Positions 19,084 through 33,061 are shown, counted from the first letter of the stretch. The stretch is 64,000 nt of DNA from an uncultured Gemmatimonadales bacterium (GCA_963832055.1 CAWHST010000005.1:484285-548284); one strand, 5' to 3'. Made by a program: numbers and translations. The notes: generated by a model not told the origin, from the sequence alone.

Positions 19084-19517
19084 ATGACGACACGATCGAT
19101 CAGCAGGTCTGGCCACGGTGGCGATGCTGGTCGGCACGCTGGCGTGTGCCGGCGGCATGGCCAAGCGAGGAGGACACGGCGGCCGCTCCCAGGACACCAC
19201 CGAGGCCCAGAATCCGCCGGGCTACCGTGGGATGGAGCAGGACACGACCCAGAATGCCGACCGACAGCCAGCCGACGCCGTCCGACACCTTCCTGCAGCA
19301 GCAGGGGACCGGGCACGCCGGAGGACACCGCCGGCTACTGCGGGCTCGAGCAGCCCGACACCAGCGGTGCCGCGGCCCAGGATACCAGTGGGGCGGGTTG
19401 GAGCGACACGACCGGTGCACGACACGGGAGTGGACACGTCGGGGCATGTCCGGCATGAGCGACACCACCGGTCAGACCAGCTACGGATACGACCGGCCAG
19501 CAGTGAGCGGCGGATGA
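19084..19517 (+). CDS. Putative lipoprotein with Asp/Thr/Gly-rich short repeats; the reading frame is unresolved (pieces in all three frames)
   Basis: AGGAGGG lies 5 nt before ATG 19084. A lipobox-like AMLVGTLACAGG appears after an early shift. Repeated motifs PGYRGMEQDTT, AGYCGLEQPDTSG, DTSGAGWSDTTG and MSGMSDTTGQTSYGY are spread over three frames. Confidence 0.4.
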
Positions 19518-19521
19518 GGCG

Positions 19522-20688
19522 CTACCGCAGCATGCCCTTCGCGATGGTCTGAAGCTGCATGTTGCTGGTGCCCTCGTAGATCGTGCCGATCTTGGCGTCC
19601 CGATAGTACTTCTCGGCGGGGTACTCCTTGGAGTACCCGTAGCCGCCGAACAGCTCGAGGCAGTTGGAGGTGGTCCGGTCGGCCACCTGGGAGCTGAACA
19701 GCTTGGCCATGGCGGCCTGCTGCTGGAACGGCTGGCCGGCGTCCTTGAGCCGGGCGGCGTTGTAGACCATGAGGCGGGCGGCCTCCAGGTCGGTCGCCAT
19801 CTGGGCCAGCTGGAACTGGACGCCCTGGAACTCCGCGATCGCCTTGCCGAACTGCTTCCGCTCCTTCACGTAGGCGGTGGCCGCCTCGAGCGCGCCGCTG
19901 GCCACGCCGATCATCTGGGCCCCGATGCCGATCCGCCCTTCGTTCAGCGTCTCGATCGCGATCTTGTAGCCCTGGCCCACCGGCCCGAGCACATTCGCGT
20001 CGGGCACCACGCACTGCTCCAGGATCAGCTCGGTGGTGCTGGAGGCGCGGATGCCGAGCTTGTTCTCCTTCTTGCCCACCGAGAAGCCCGGGAAGTCCCG
20101 CTCCACGATGAAGCCGGTGATCCCCTTGTAGCCCTTCGCGAAATCGGTATTGGCGAACACGATGAAGAGCCCGGCCTCGGCGCCGTTGGTGATCCAGAAC
20201 TTCCGGCCGGTCAGCTCCCAGTGGTCGCCCCGGCGCTCGGCCTTGGTGGCGAGCGCGAACGCGTCGCTGCCGCTGCCGGGCTCGGAGAGCGCGAACGCCC
20301 CGAGCAGGCCGGAGGTGAGCCGGGGGAAGAGGCGGGCCTGCTGCTCGGCGCTGCCCCAGCGCAGCAGAGCGTTGTTCACCAGGGTGTTGTGGACGTCCAC
20401 GTAGATCGCGGCCGAGGCGTCCACCCGGGCCAGCTCCTCGATGGCGAGCACCGCCATGAAGATGGAGCCGCCGGCGCCGCCGAAGCGCTCCGGCACCTCG
20501 ATGCCCATCAGGCCCAGCTCGAAGAACCTCGGAATCAGCGACGGCTCGAACTGGGCGGCCTCGTCCATGGTCTGGACCAGCGGCCGCACCTCGGATTCGG
20601 CGAACTCGCGAACCGCGTCGCGGAACATCCCCTCTTCTTCGGAAAGGGTCGTCAGCGCTGGGGGTGTCGCGGACACGGTATCGGTCAT
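19522..20688 (-). CDS. Acyl-CoA dehydrogenase (short/branched-chain type)
   Basis: C-terminal 388 aa of ORF 19522..22047. MTDTVSATPPALTTLSEEEGMFRDAV..., FALSEPGSGSDA, WITNG, and C-terminal YRDAKIGTIYEGTSNMQ. ATG at 20686-20688. Confidence 0.92.
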   Translation of the reverse strand: MTDTVSATPPALTTLSEEEGMFRDAVREFAESEVRPLVQTMDEAAQFEPSLIPRFFELGLMGIEVPERFGGAGGSIFMAVLAIEELARVDASAAIYVDVHNTLVNNALLRWGSAEQQARLFPRLTSGLLGAFALSEPGSGSDAFALATKAERRGDHWELTGRKFWITNGAEAGLFIVFANTDFAKGYKGITGFIVERDFPGFSVGKKENKLGIRASSTTELILEQCVVPDANVLGPVGQGYKIAIETLNEGRIGIGAQMIGVASGALEAATAYVKERKQFGKAIAEFQGVQFQLAQMATDLEAARLMVYNAARLKDAGQPFQQQAAMAKLFSSQVADRTTSNCLELFGGYGYSKEYPAEKYYRDAKIGTIYEGTSNMQLQTIAKGMLR

Positions 20689-20772
20689 CGGCCGGCTCGG
20701 CGTGGGTGAGGGAATCGAACCCAAGATACGGGCGCGGCGGCGAAGGGACAAAGGGCTTACGTTTCGCCTCCG

Positions 20773-21640
20773 ATGTCCACCGCCTCGTCTCCCGGCCAGA
20801 CCTCCGTCGTCCGCCGCCTTCGCGAGGACCGCCCTCTCGTCGCGGTCGAGCTTCGCCCGCCGCGGAGCGGCATGTCCTATGACGCCAGCGTGGACGCCTG
20901 GATCGACATGTACCACTCGATCCGGCGGCTGGCCCGGCAGGACACCCTGATCTTTCTCACCGACAACGCGATCGGCCAGGCCGAGGAGGAGAACCTCGCC
21001 CACCTGACCGCCAACCTGGCGGGCGAGCTGGCGCCGGCCCGCATCGTCCCGTTCCTGACCGCGAAGCACTCCCTGGAGTACATCCAGCTGTACGCCGCGC
21101 GGGCGGCGTCCCACGGGTTCGAGGCGCTCACCGTGGTGGGGGGCGACGCGTCGGGCGGGCTGCCCCGGTGCTTCCCGCACGCCTACCAGCTGCGTCGGTG
21201 GCTGCGCCAGCGGGTGCCCTCGCTCGATCTGGGTGGGTGGGTCAATCCGCTCCGCGATCCGGTGCAGCAGGTGGACTTCCTGCTGAGTCCCGAGCTCGAG
21301 GCGGAGTTCTACCTCACCCAGATCGTCTCGCACCATTCGATCGACAAGGTGGAGCGATTTCTGGCCGAGGCGCGGCGGCGAGGGGTGACCTACCCCGGCG
21401 TGTTCGGAGTCTTCCTGTATCGGAGCGCCAACCCGCGGACCCTGCGAGCAGCTCGGCAATTTTTTCCCGGTGCCGGCCGAGGGGATCACGCGGGATTTCG
21501 AGGAGGGCCTGTCTCCCGAGGAGATCTGCGCCCGCAGCATCAGGGCGCTGCGGGAGGTGGGCGTGGACAAGGTGTACGTCAGCAACCTGGGGTTCGACCG
21601 GCCGGATGCGACGGTACCGGAAATCCTGCAATTCCTGTAG
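20773..21640 (+). CDS. Methylenetetrahydrofolate reductase family protein (MetF-like), one frame disruption near 21445
   Basis: ORF 20773..21960 is coding-like up to LYRSANPRTL. After a 1-nt shift it continues EQLGNFFPVPAEGITRDFEEGLSPEEICARSIRALREVGVDKVYVSNLGF...ILQFL*, with stop 21638-21640. Confidence 0.65.
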
Positions 21641-21695
21641 GAGGGGTCGTTCCGGTCAACGTGCACCGCCGAGCGGGAACGACGCTGGATCAGCG

Positions 21696-23571
21696 TCATC
21701 GGAGAGCTCGGTGGCGGACTCGTCGGTCCAACTGGCCCAGGGCCTCCAGCGCCACCTCGACCCGGCCACCCGGCGTGCTCACCTGGACGCCCTGGACCAT
21801 CCCGCGCACCGCGTCCAGAACCTCCTGCGCGATCCGGATCCCTTCGGCGTGCGCGGCCTCGGCCCCGCGCGCCTTCCGCCTCCCGCATCCGCTCCAGCAC
21901 GGCTTCGGGCACCTGCGCGCCCGGCACCTCGTTGGCCAGGAACTCGGCGTTGCGCAGTGAGGTGAGCGGCCAGATCCCGGCGATGACCGGAATGCGCCAC
22001 GGCGCGATCCGCTCCAGGAAGCCTGCCAGCTCCGCCGGGTCGAACACCGGCTGGGTGACCGCGAACTCCGCCCCCGCCTCGACCTTCCAGTGGAACCGCT
22101 CGAGCTCGCGCTCCCGGTCGATGCGCGCCCTGGTTGGCCGCCACGCCGATCACGAACCGGGTCGGCTCGCCGATCGAGGTGCCGCCGGGATCGAGTCCCT
22201 GGTTCAGCCGGCGCACCACGTTGGTGAGTCCGATGCTGTCGATGTCGAAGACCGCGGTGGCGTCGGGGTAGGGCCCGGCGGTCGGCGGATCGCCGGTCAC
22301 GATGAGCACGTTCCGAAGGCCGCCGGCGGCCGCCCCCAGCAGGTCGCTCAGCATGCCGAGCATGTTTCGGTCGCGGCAGGTGTAGTGGAACACCGTCTCC
22401 AGTCCGACCTCGCGCTCCACCAGCAGCGCGGCGGGCACGACCCCCATGCGGCTCTGCGCGCGCGACCCGTCCACCAGGTTGACCGCGTCCACTCCCGCCT
22501 CGCGAAGGGCACGGCATTGCTTCAGCATGCCCGCCGGGTCCCAGCCGCGAGGGGGCACGATCTCCACGCTTCGGACGAACGCCCCGTCGGCGAGCTTCCG
22601 CGCCCACTCCGAGCGCGCCGCGAGCGGCACCGGCTGCGCGCCCGCCGCTTCGGACGGCGGGGTCAGCCGGTACTCCCACGGATAACCCGCCGGGGCCGGG
22701 CGTCCGCGACGCACTCCCTGATCCGGCGGATGTGCTCTGGCGTGGTCCCGCAGCAGCCGCCGATGAACCGCGCGCCCGCCGCCGTGAGCCGCCGGGCGTA
22801 CTGGGCCATGTAGTCCGGGCTCGCGAGATAGATCCGCCGGTCGCCTACCGCGCGCGGCAGGCCCGCGTTCGGCTGAGCCGACAGCGGCACGGTCGAGACG
22901 TCGGCCATGCGCTCGATCGCCTCGAGCATCGGCGCCGGTCCGACCGAGCAGTTGAGACCGACCACGTCGGCTCCCCACTCGATGAGGCGGGCGACGATCG
23001 TCTCGACCGGAGTGCCGTACGAGGTGGTCCCATCCTCGCCCACGGTCATCTGCGCGATGACCGGCAGGTCCGGCGCCGCCGCCCGCGCGGCTTCCAGCGC
23101 CGCATGGATCTCCTCCAGATCGCTGAAGGTCTCCAGGATGAAGCCATCCACCCCACCCTCGGCCAGGCCGGTGGTCTGGCGGGTGAAATGGGCGACGGCC
23201 TCGGTCCTGGCCGTCGGACCCCAGGGCTCGATCCGGATGCCGAGCGGGCCGACCGCGCCGACCACCAGGGCGCGGCCGCGGGCCGCGCGATGGGCCAGCG
23301 CTGCGGCCGCGCGGTTGATCTCCTCGGTGCGGTCGTCCAGCCCGAATCCCGACAGCTTCACCGGGTTCGCGCCGAAGGTGTTGGTCTCCAGGATCTCGGC
23401 GCCGGCGCGGACGTAGGTCTCGTGGACCTCCTGCACCAGCCCGGGCTGCTTGAGGGTGAGCTCGTCGTAGCACACGTTGACGAACACGCCCCGGCTGTAG
23501 AGCATGGTGCCCATCGCCCCGTCGAGGACGTGGACACCGCCGTCTGACAGGAGATCTCGAAAGGTGCGCAT
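21696..23571 (-). CDS. Bifunctional homocysteine S-methyltransferase / 5,10-methylenetetrahydrofolate reductase (YitJ-like fusion), 3 frame disruptions
   Basis: N-terminal Hcy-binding domain from ORF 22663..23571 ([38 protein letters not shown]). MTHFR domain from ORFs 21779..23473, 19522..22047 (N-terminal part) and 21696..22679 (VEIVPPRG, HYTCRDRN, IVTGDPP, FVIGVAANQGA | IDRERELERFHWKVEAGAEFAVTQPVFD). Shifts near 22675, 22128 and 21880. Confidence 0.85.
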
Positions 23572-23580
23572 GGTTTCCCT

Positions 23581-23687
23581 AACGGCGGAACGGCGAAACG
23601 GCGGAACGGCGGAAGGCTGCCTGATGCCGAGGCGCCAGTCGATCCGGAGTCTGCCTTTCCGCCGTTCCGCCGTTCCGCCGTTCCGCC
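23581..23687. repeat. Composite hairpin repeat, family A copy 2
   Basis: Left arm 23581-23615 (aac GGCGGAAC GGCGAAAC GGCGGAAC GGCGGAAG g). Right arm 23655-23687 is (GCCGTTCC)x3-4. The loop is about 39 nt. It occupies the 123-nt spacer between the metH stop (23695) and the start of the fused HMT-MTHFR gene (23571). Confidence 0.9.
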
Positions 23688-23694
23688 CCTCGTG

Positions 23695-27440
<3,746 letters not shown>

Positions 27441-27783
27441 GGGGGTCCTCCCTACGAAAAATCCCCGGGGCTAAAACGCCACGGGGCAAGCGTTTTAGCG
27501 GATTGTTTAACGTGGCCGCAAGCAGCGCAAATCGCCACGGATTCGATTGTCGTTTGAGTCACAGGATTGCCGACGGGGGCAAGGAGTCGGCTCCAGCCGG
27601 CGGGCCGCCTCCTCGGCCGAGCGCCCCGCCCGTCCACCAGCTTGGCTCGGCCGGTCAGCTCGGAGCCACTCACGGCGATCGGGGCACCTCAGCCGGAGGG
27701 CCAGCGAACCAGCGCCTCGTCGCCGCACCTCCACCGGGGCCGGGCAGTCGGCCGATCGTCGGTCCGAAATCGGCGCGGACATC
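27441..27783 (-). promoter_or_regulatory. Long structured metH leader with terminator/antiterminator-like alternative hairpins. Candidate riboswitch or attenuator, class not identified.
   Basis: 343 nt between the yggT stop and the metH TTG. On the minus strand, just upstream of the RBS: GCTAAAACGC-ttgccccgtg-GCGTTTTAGC (perfect 10-bp stem). This overlaps an alternative GCCCCG...CCCGGGG pairing followed by ATTTTT. The stretch is AT-rich in an otherwise GC-rich context. Confidence 0.45.
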
Positions 27784-28348
27784 TCACAGCATGCCGAGCA
27801 CCAGCCCTCTGGCCACCCAGAGCGCCAGCCAGGCCAGCATCGGGCTGAAGTCGATCATGCCGGTGGGCGGGATCAGGCGGCGGATCGGCCGGATGATCCA
27901 ATCGGTGAGGAGCACCAGCGGGCGCATCCACCGGCGGTACTCGGAGATGCCGAACCACGACGCGATCACGCGGATGAAGATCGAGGCCATGACGACCGTG
28001 AACGCCCAGCCCACCAGCATCCTGATCCAATCCCGGGGCTCGCGCGCTCGCCAGGGCGGTGAGACTTCCCGCCAGCCCGAGCAGCCAGCTGACGAGGCTC
28101 AGCAGGATCAGGCCGCCGAGGATCACGACCCCGAGCAGCCAGAGCGGCGCGTCCTGCGGGCTGCCGCCGAACCGGATCACCCGGCGCTCCACGGGCAGGA
28201 GCACCGGATCGCTCAGCCGCCGGACCAGCCTGGGCCATGCGCCGAACGGGCCGATCTTCCGACGCCGCACCGCCCAGTGCGTCAGGGCGACGATCGAGGC
28301 GTAGGCCAAGGCCAGGACGACGATGCTGCGAGCCACGGTATCGAGCAC
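27784..28348 (-). CDS. yggT: YggT family membrane protein (two YggT repeats), one frame disruption near 28030
   Basis: First repeat from ORF 27689..28348 (GTG 28346-28348; PRLVRRLSDPVLLPVERRV...). Second repeat from ORF 27784..28020 (ASIFIRVIASWFGISEYRRWMRPLVLLTDWIIRPIRRLIPPTGMIDFSPMLAWLAL). Confidence 0.8.
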
Positions 28349-28382
28349 GAAGGTGGAGCACGGCGGGGATGGGAGGCCGAGA

Positions 28383-28839
28383 CTATCGCCCCAGGCCGCC
28401 GACCTGGGCGGGTCGCTGGGCGCCGGAGCGGGAGGTGCACATCAGGGTGAACCGGCCCGCCGTTGATGGCGGCCTCCTCGAGGATGTGGCTGTCCCCCCG
28501 GCAGGAGATGATCTCGCGACCGTCGATCTTACGAAACTGCACGGTGACCACGGGCTCTCGGTTGACGTTGAAGAGATGACGCGCGGTGGTGGGAGTGAGG
28601 CTGTCGACGCCCATCTGACGGAGGGAGGCGGCGGGCGGCCGCGATGGGAGCCCCGGTAGTCCACCGCGCGGTCCACCAGCTCCAAGCACTTCCCGGCCCA
28701 GCGTCTCGACATCCAGCTGCTCGGGAGGCAGGTCCGACTTCGGCTGCTGGGCTGCGGCTTCGCGAGCCATCCTTGTCGCCGCACGCCGCGGCCAGGCACA
28801 CGAGCGCCAGGACCGGCCACACGCGGAGCCGCTTCATTC
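28383..28839 (-). CDS. Putative lipoprotein, frame-disrupted (at least 2 shifts); the 3' end is uncertain
   Basis: MKRLRVWPVLALVCLAAACGDKDG (lipobox LAAC). The start ATG 28837-28839 forms ATGA with the desaturase stop. Downstream pieces are QQPKSDLPPEQLDVETLGREV and VDSLTPTTARHLFNVNREPVVTVQFRKIDGREIISCRGDSHILEEAAINGG, in other frames. Confidence 0.5.
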
Positions 28840-29811
28840 CATCGCGAATTCGCGGTTGAACACGACCTCGAAGCTGAAGGTCTTGGCGCGGGTCCGGGTC
28901 TCCATCAGCTCCGCGATACGCCGGAGGCGGCTCGGGGATCCCCATGATCTTCTCCTGCGCCTTCCGGCCCAGCTCGCCCAGCCCATCGAGGCTCTCGATC
29001 TTCCAGTAGCGGATCTGCTCCTGCACGATGCGCAGGTAGTCCCTGGGGCCGTAGATCCCGGAGCGGCGGATCACCTCCGCGAGATCCTTGAACCCGGGAT
29101 CGTGATCCCGGGCATGTCGATCGCCGGCAGGATGAACGACGCCGAGTGGAGCGCCTGGTCGGGGTCGCGCTTGAGGATCTCCTCGAAGACCGTGCGGTAG
29201 AAGGCGTAGTGCCGGGCCTCGTCCTTGGCCACCTGGCTCAGCACCTCGGCGAGGCGCGGCTCGTACTCGCCAATGACCTTGCCCGTCTCCGCGTGCGAGA
29301 ACTGGGTGGCGCGCTCCTGCACCGTGGTATAGGCGAAGACGCGGTAGGGGTCCCGGTCCCACTCCGGGTGAAAGCCCCGGCGGAGGTACTCGAACTGCAT
29401 CTCCTCGATCTTCCGCTGATCGAAGAGGCGGGTGTCGCGGGCATAGTCGTGGAGGACCTGGCCATGCCGGTCCTCCTCGGCGGTCCAGAGATTGTTCCAC
29501 AGGCGCCAATGGCTCTCGTCGCCCAGAAAAACCGCCAGAAGGCGGTGGAAATGCGGCAGCCCCTCCTCGGTCAGGAGGTTGAGCGCCAAGGCCGCCCGTG
29601 CGTGATCGGGAATACCCTGGGCCTGGGTCCGGAGCTGAGCCTGGAACGCGTCGGGATCGGTGTCGGGGGCGGGGCCCAGGAGGTCGGAGGGGTACCAAAG
29701 GTCCCGCTTCCGCTCGTGCAGCTCCATGAGCTCGCCGACCCGACCCTCAAGGTCCCGGAGGACTTCCATTTTGGACTGGAGTTCGTGCGCGGGGTCGGTG
29801 ATGGTGCCCAT
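28836..29811 (-). CDS. Acyl-ACP desaturase (soluble di-iron fatty acid desaturase type 2), 2 frame disruptions
   Basis: ORF 29071..29895 contains the di-iron motifs (TEEGLPHF...WTAEEDRHG; VQERATQFSH...DEARHYAFY). The C-terminus is recovered in two other frames (HDPGFKDLAEVIRRSGIYGPRDYLRIVQEQIRYWKIESL..., then IAELMETRTRAKTFSFEVVFNREFAME*). Shifts near 29090 and 28925. ATG (MGTITDP) at 29811. Confidence 0.85.
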
Positions 29812-29911
29812 GAGTGTCCCAGGACGGCGGTTAGCCCTCAAAATGCAGACCGGACCAGCCTTGTAAGATAGTGCGGCTGGTCCGGGGAACGCCAACGGGC
29901 GGGGGGTAAAG

Positions 29912-30343
29912 CTAGCCTGAAGCCGCTAGTCGCTTCTCCATGAGTGACCAGGTCCGTTGGCCGATGTAGTTCTCCCGGCGGAAGATCGGGTTCCACCCCA
30001 GGGCGGCCAGAAGCCCCTCGGATCGCTCGTCATCGGTCCAGAACTCCGCCAGGTGGGCTCCGCCGTCCACGGCCCGCTCCTCGAAGGCGGCGAGCAGCCG
30101 GTGGGCGTGGCCCCGGTGCCGCTCCTGCGGCAGGACCACGACATCCACCAGGTGGGCGACTCCGCCGCGCAACCAGTAGCGCAGGCCCCCGATCCAGTCG
30201 CCGATCTCATTGCTGAGCATGAGGTAACGCTCCTCCGGCCCACCGGTCCTACCGGCGGACTCCTCCTCCTGCTCGATGAGCTCGGAGTACCAGGCCGCAA
30301 AATCGTCGTCCTGTTCCATTTCCCGGATGATGATCTCGCCCAT
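29912..30343 (-). CDS. GNAT family N-acetyltransferase
   Basis: Intact 143-aa ORF with an acetyl-CoA motif region VVLPQERHRGHAHRLL. Confidence 0.7.
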   Translation of the reverse strand: MGEIIIREMEQDDDFAAWYSELIEQEEESAGRTGGPEERYLMLSNEIGDWIGGLRYWLRGGVAHLVDVVVLPQERHRGHAHRLLAAFEERAVDGGAHLAEFWTDDERSEGLLAALGWNPIFRRENYIGQRTWSLMEKRLAASG

Positions 30344-30506
30344 GATTCCCTGCCTGATAGGAAGACGGACTCCAGCTTACGCAACAGTGATGCCACTTCG
30401 AGGGTTCCGCCGGTGAAGCCGATTCACCTCCGCTTCGCCCCGGCCTTTTCGGTTAGCTTGACCGAAGTGGCCAGCCAGCCTGATGACGCGAAGGAGGTGG
30501 ACACGA

Positions 30507-30968
30507 TGGCGAATGCGACGCAGACCAGCCGACCGGTGGTGGTGAAGTGCGTGTTCTGCGGCACGGCCAACCGAGTCGATCTAGCCCGGCTCTCGGACGG
30601 TCCCAGATGCGGCCAGTGCGGGCGTCCGATCCGGCTGGACCGTCCCCTCGCGGTGACCGATGCCGACTTCGAGAAGACAATCATGGGCTCGAGCGTTCCG
30701 GTGCTGGTGGACTTCCACGCCGACTGGTGTGGCCCCTGCAAGATGATGGCACCGGTGCTCGATGACTTCGCCAGGCGTCACGTGGGCGAGGTGCTGGTGC
30801 TGAAACTGGACACCGACGCCAATCCGGCGACTCCCGCCCGCCTGGGCATCCGTGGCATTCCCACCCTGATCGTGTTCGAGCACGGCCAGCGAGAGCCGGC
30901 GCCATGTGGGCGCGTCCCAGCTGCCGGAGCTGGAGAAGCTGGCGGGACTCAAGGGTTCCGCGGCGTAG
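30507..30968 (+). CDS. trxC: Thioredoxin 2 type (N-terminal zinc-finger thioredoxin), one frame disruption near 30897
   Basis: AAGGAGG lies 7 nt before ATG 30507. Zn finger CVFCGTANRV...CGQCGRP, active site WCGPC, GIRGIPTLIVFEHGQRE, then after a shift RRHVGASQLPELEKLAGLKGSAA*. Confidence 0.88.
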
Positions 30969-30977
30969 CCGCAGCCG

Positions 30978-32336
30978 CTACACCCCCACGGCGACGGCGA
31001 CGCCGATGGCCACTGCGGCGAGCACGACCAGGGCGCCGAAGAGCGGGCCCGCGAATCCGAGCCATGCCTCGTATCGCACGCCGGCCGCGGCCAGCATCGC
31101 CATGAGTGCGCCGTTGGTCGGGGTGATCAACTCGCACAGCCCGGCGCCGTACTGGTAGGCGAGCACGGTCACCTGCCGGGATAGGCCGATCAGGTCGGAG
31201 AGCGGGACCAGAAGCGGCATGGTGAGCACCGCCTGGCCGCTGGTGCTCGGCACCGGCACGTGAATCAGGCTGTGGGCGGCCATCATCGCCAGCGCCGACG
31301 CGGTGACCGGGAGATCGGCGATCGGCGTGAACAATCCCTGCACGATGGTGTCCACCACCCGGCCCTCATTCAGCACGACGTAGATCCCCCTGGCGAATCC
31401 GATCAGCAAGCGCCGCGTACGCCATGGACCGTAGCCCGTCCACGAACGCGTCCGCGGTCCCGCCGATTCTGAGGCCGCCGAACAGGCCGGCCGCCACCCC
31501 CATCAGGAAAAAGACGGCCGACAGCTGGTCGAAGTCCCAGTGATACTCCAGCACGCCGACCACGAACGCGACGAAGCTCGCCACCACCGTGAGCAGCACC
31601 GCGGCATGGCGCCAGCCGGCGACGGGTCCGACCCCCTCTGCAGGGTCCAGTGGCCCGACCGGAACCCGGCTCCGGCGCGCGTGCAGCATGGTGCCGCGCG
31701 ATCCAGATCGCCAGGGCGGGAATCATGAACGCGACTCGGAACTGCCAGCCGGACAGCAGGTCCAGTTCGGCGACCTTCTGCGCGATGCCGACCTGGAAGG
31801 GGTTGATGAAGCTGAACGAGGCGCCGACGGCCGAAGCACCCAGGCTCATGGCGACGGCCGTGACGGGGCTGAACCCTAGACGGGACGTCAGCAGGAGCAA
31901 CACGGGGACGAAGGCGATCAGCTCCTCCTGCATCTGGAGCAGCACGCCGCCGGTTCCGAAAGCCAGCCCCGCCACGGGAATGACCAGCAGTCCACGCCCC
32001 GACAGCGCGGCGACCAAGGAGTTCACCAGCCGGGTGAGAGCGCCGGTGCGCTCGACGACGGCGAATCCACCCCCGACCAGGAAGACGTAAAAGATGACCG
32101 AGGCGGCCTCGATCATCCCTCTCGGGATGGCGACCAGCGCCTGGAACGGCCCGACCGGGGAGGCCTCGACCGGGGCGTAGGTGCCGGGGACCACGACGCT
32201 CCGACCGGTGGCGGAGTCCTCGCGCCGCTGGTACTCCCCGGCCGGAAGCACCCAGGTGAGCGCGGCGGCGATCAGGATGCACGCGACGAGCAGCGTCAGC
32301 GGATGAGGAAACCGAGAAGCCGTCACCCGCCGCTCA
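30978..32336 (-). CDS. YfcC family (C4-dicarboxylate anaerobic carrier-like / putative basic amino acid antiporter) membrane protein, 2 frame disruptions
   Basis: Pieces come from ORFs 31403..33025 (FPHPLTLLVACILIAAALTWVLPAGEYQR...IFYVFLVGGGFAVVERTGAL), 31366..31689 and 30978..31409 (...PVPSTSGQAVLTMPLLVPLSDLIGLSRQ...). Shifts near 31700 and 31405. GTG at 32334-32336. Confidence 0.8.
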
Positions 32337-32343
32337 GAGCGGT

Positions 32344-32606
32344 CGGCATTGGCGGGCGTCAGGCTGGCGTCGGGAGCAGGCGATACTCTCGTCCATGCCC
32401 TGCACCAAAGGGCCGCACGCCGCGGTCTGGGCCTGCTCGGTCGCCGATTCCTCGGTCGCGCCGGAGGCGGTCGCGGTGCGCTCCTGGCCCTGGAAGGTCC
32501 AGGGTGACGGTGCACTCGACCCGCTGAACCTCCAGCGTCAAGTAGACCAGGAAGGCAATGAAGCCGACTATCACCAGAACGGTCACGAGTCGCGCGCGAC
32601 TGGCCA
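32344..32606 (-). CDS. Small membrane-anchored Cys-containing protein, one frame disruption near 32500
   Basis: MASRARLVTVLVIVGFIAFLVYLTLEVQRVECTVTL, then after removing 1 nt, TFQGQERTATASGATEESATEQAQTAACGPLVQGMDESIACSRRQPDARQCRPL*. The stop is 8 nt before the YfcC GTG. Confidence 0.45.
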
Positions 32607-32712
32607 TGGAGCACGAACCGGATGGGGGATGAGCGGCGGTGACGCCAGGGGACGGCTTCGGAATATCTGAGGAGAGTCGGCGGGGCGGAAGGCCGAGCAT
32701 CGCGGTCACACT

Positions 32713-33033
32713 TCAGCCGGACACCGACTCCTCGATCCATCTGAGGTACCCCGCGTCCCCTTCGGCGACCGGCAGCGCGACGATCTCCGGGGTCTCGTAG
32801 GGGTGCAGCTCGCGGAGGCGGGCCAGCAGGGCGGGCACTCGCGCGGCCGTGGTCTTCAGATGGCAGTACCACTCCGCCGCCGTCTCCACCTCTCCGTGCC
32901 ACCGGTAGACGCTCGACACCGGACCGACCACCTGGGCGCATGCCGCGAGCCGCTCCTCCACCAGCCGCGTGCCGAGTCGGAGGGCCGCCTCCCGATCGGG
33001 AAGGGTGGTCGTCACCTGGCGGCATTCGGGCAC
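32713..33033 (-). CDS. cutA: Divalent-cation tolerance protein CutA
   Basis: Intact 106-aa ORF. LAACAQVVGPVSSVYRWHGEVETAAEW...LHPYETPEIVALPV is the CutA1 signature region. Confidence 0.88.
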   Translation of the reverse strand: MPECRQVTTTLPDREAALRLGTRLVEERLAACAQVVGPVSSVYRWHGEVETAAEWYCHLKTTAARVPALLARLRELHPYETPEIVALPVAEGDAGYLRWIEESVSG

Positions 33034-33061
33034 GGGGCGCGGTACCTCCGATCGAAGCTCC

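Noticed and set aside
20705-20735. tRNA-like T-arm sequence (GGGAATCGAACCC, which is GGGTTCGATTCCC on the minus strand)
   Set aside because: The flanking sequence cannot form a 5-bp T stem, an acceptor stem, or D and anticodon arms at the right distances. It lies in the divergent promoter region between the acyl-CoA dehydrogenase and MetF-like genes.
27507-27782. 91-aa Arg/Cys-rich ORF starting 1 nt after the yggT stop, inside the metH leader
   Set aside because: It has lower third-position GC than neighbouring genes, 24% Arg, no recognisable family and no RBS. It is more consistent with non-coding structured RNA. I keep it as an alternative explanation in the leader finding.
27441-27783. 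Assigning the metH leader to a specific riboswitch class (cobalamin, SAM-I, SAM-IV, SAH)
   Set aside because: Only short fragments resemble the consensus cores (GGUGCCCCG, GAGGAGGCGGC, GGCAAUCC), and their order does not fit any class. A class call cannot be supported without a covariance-model scan.
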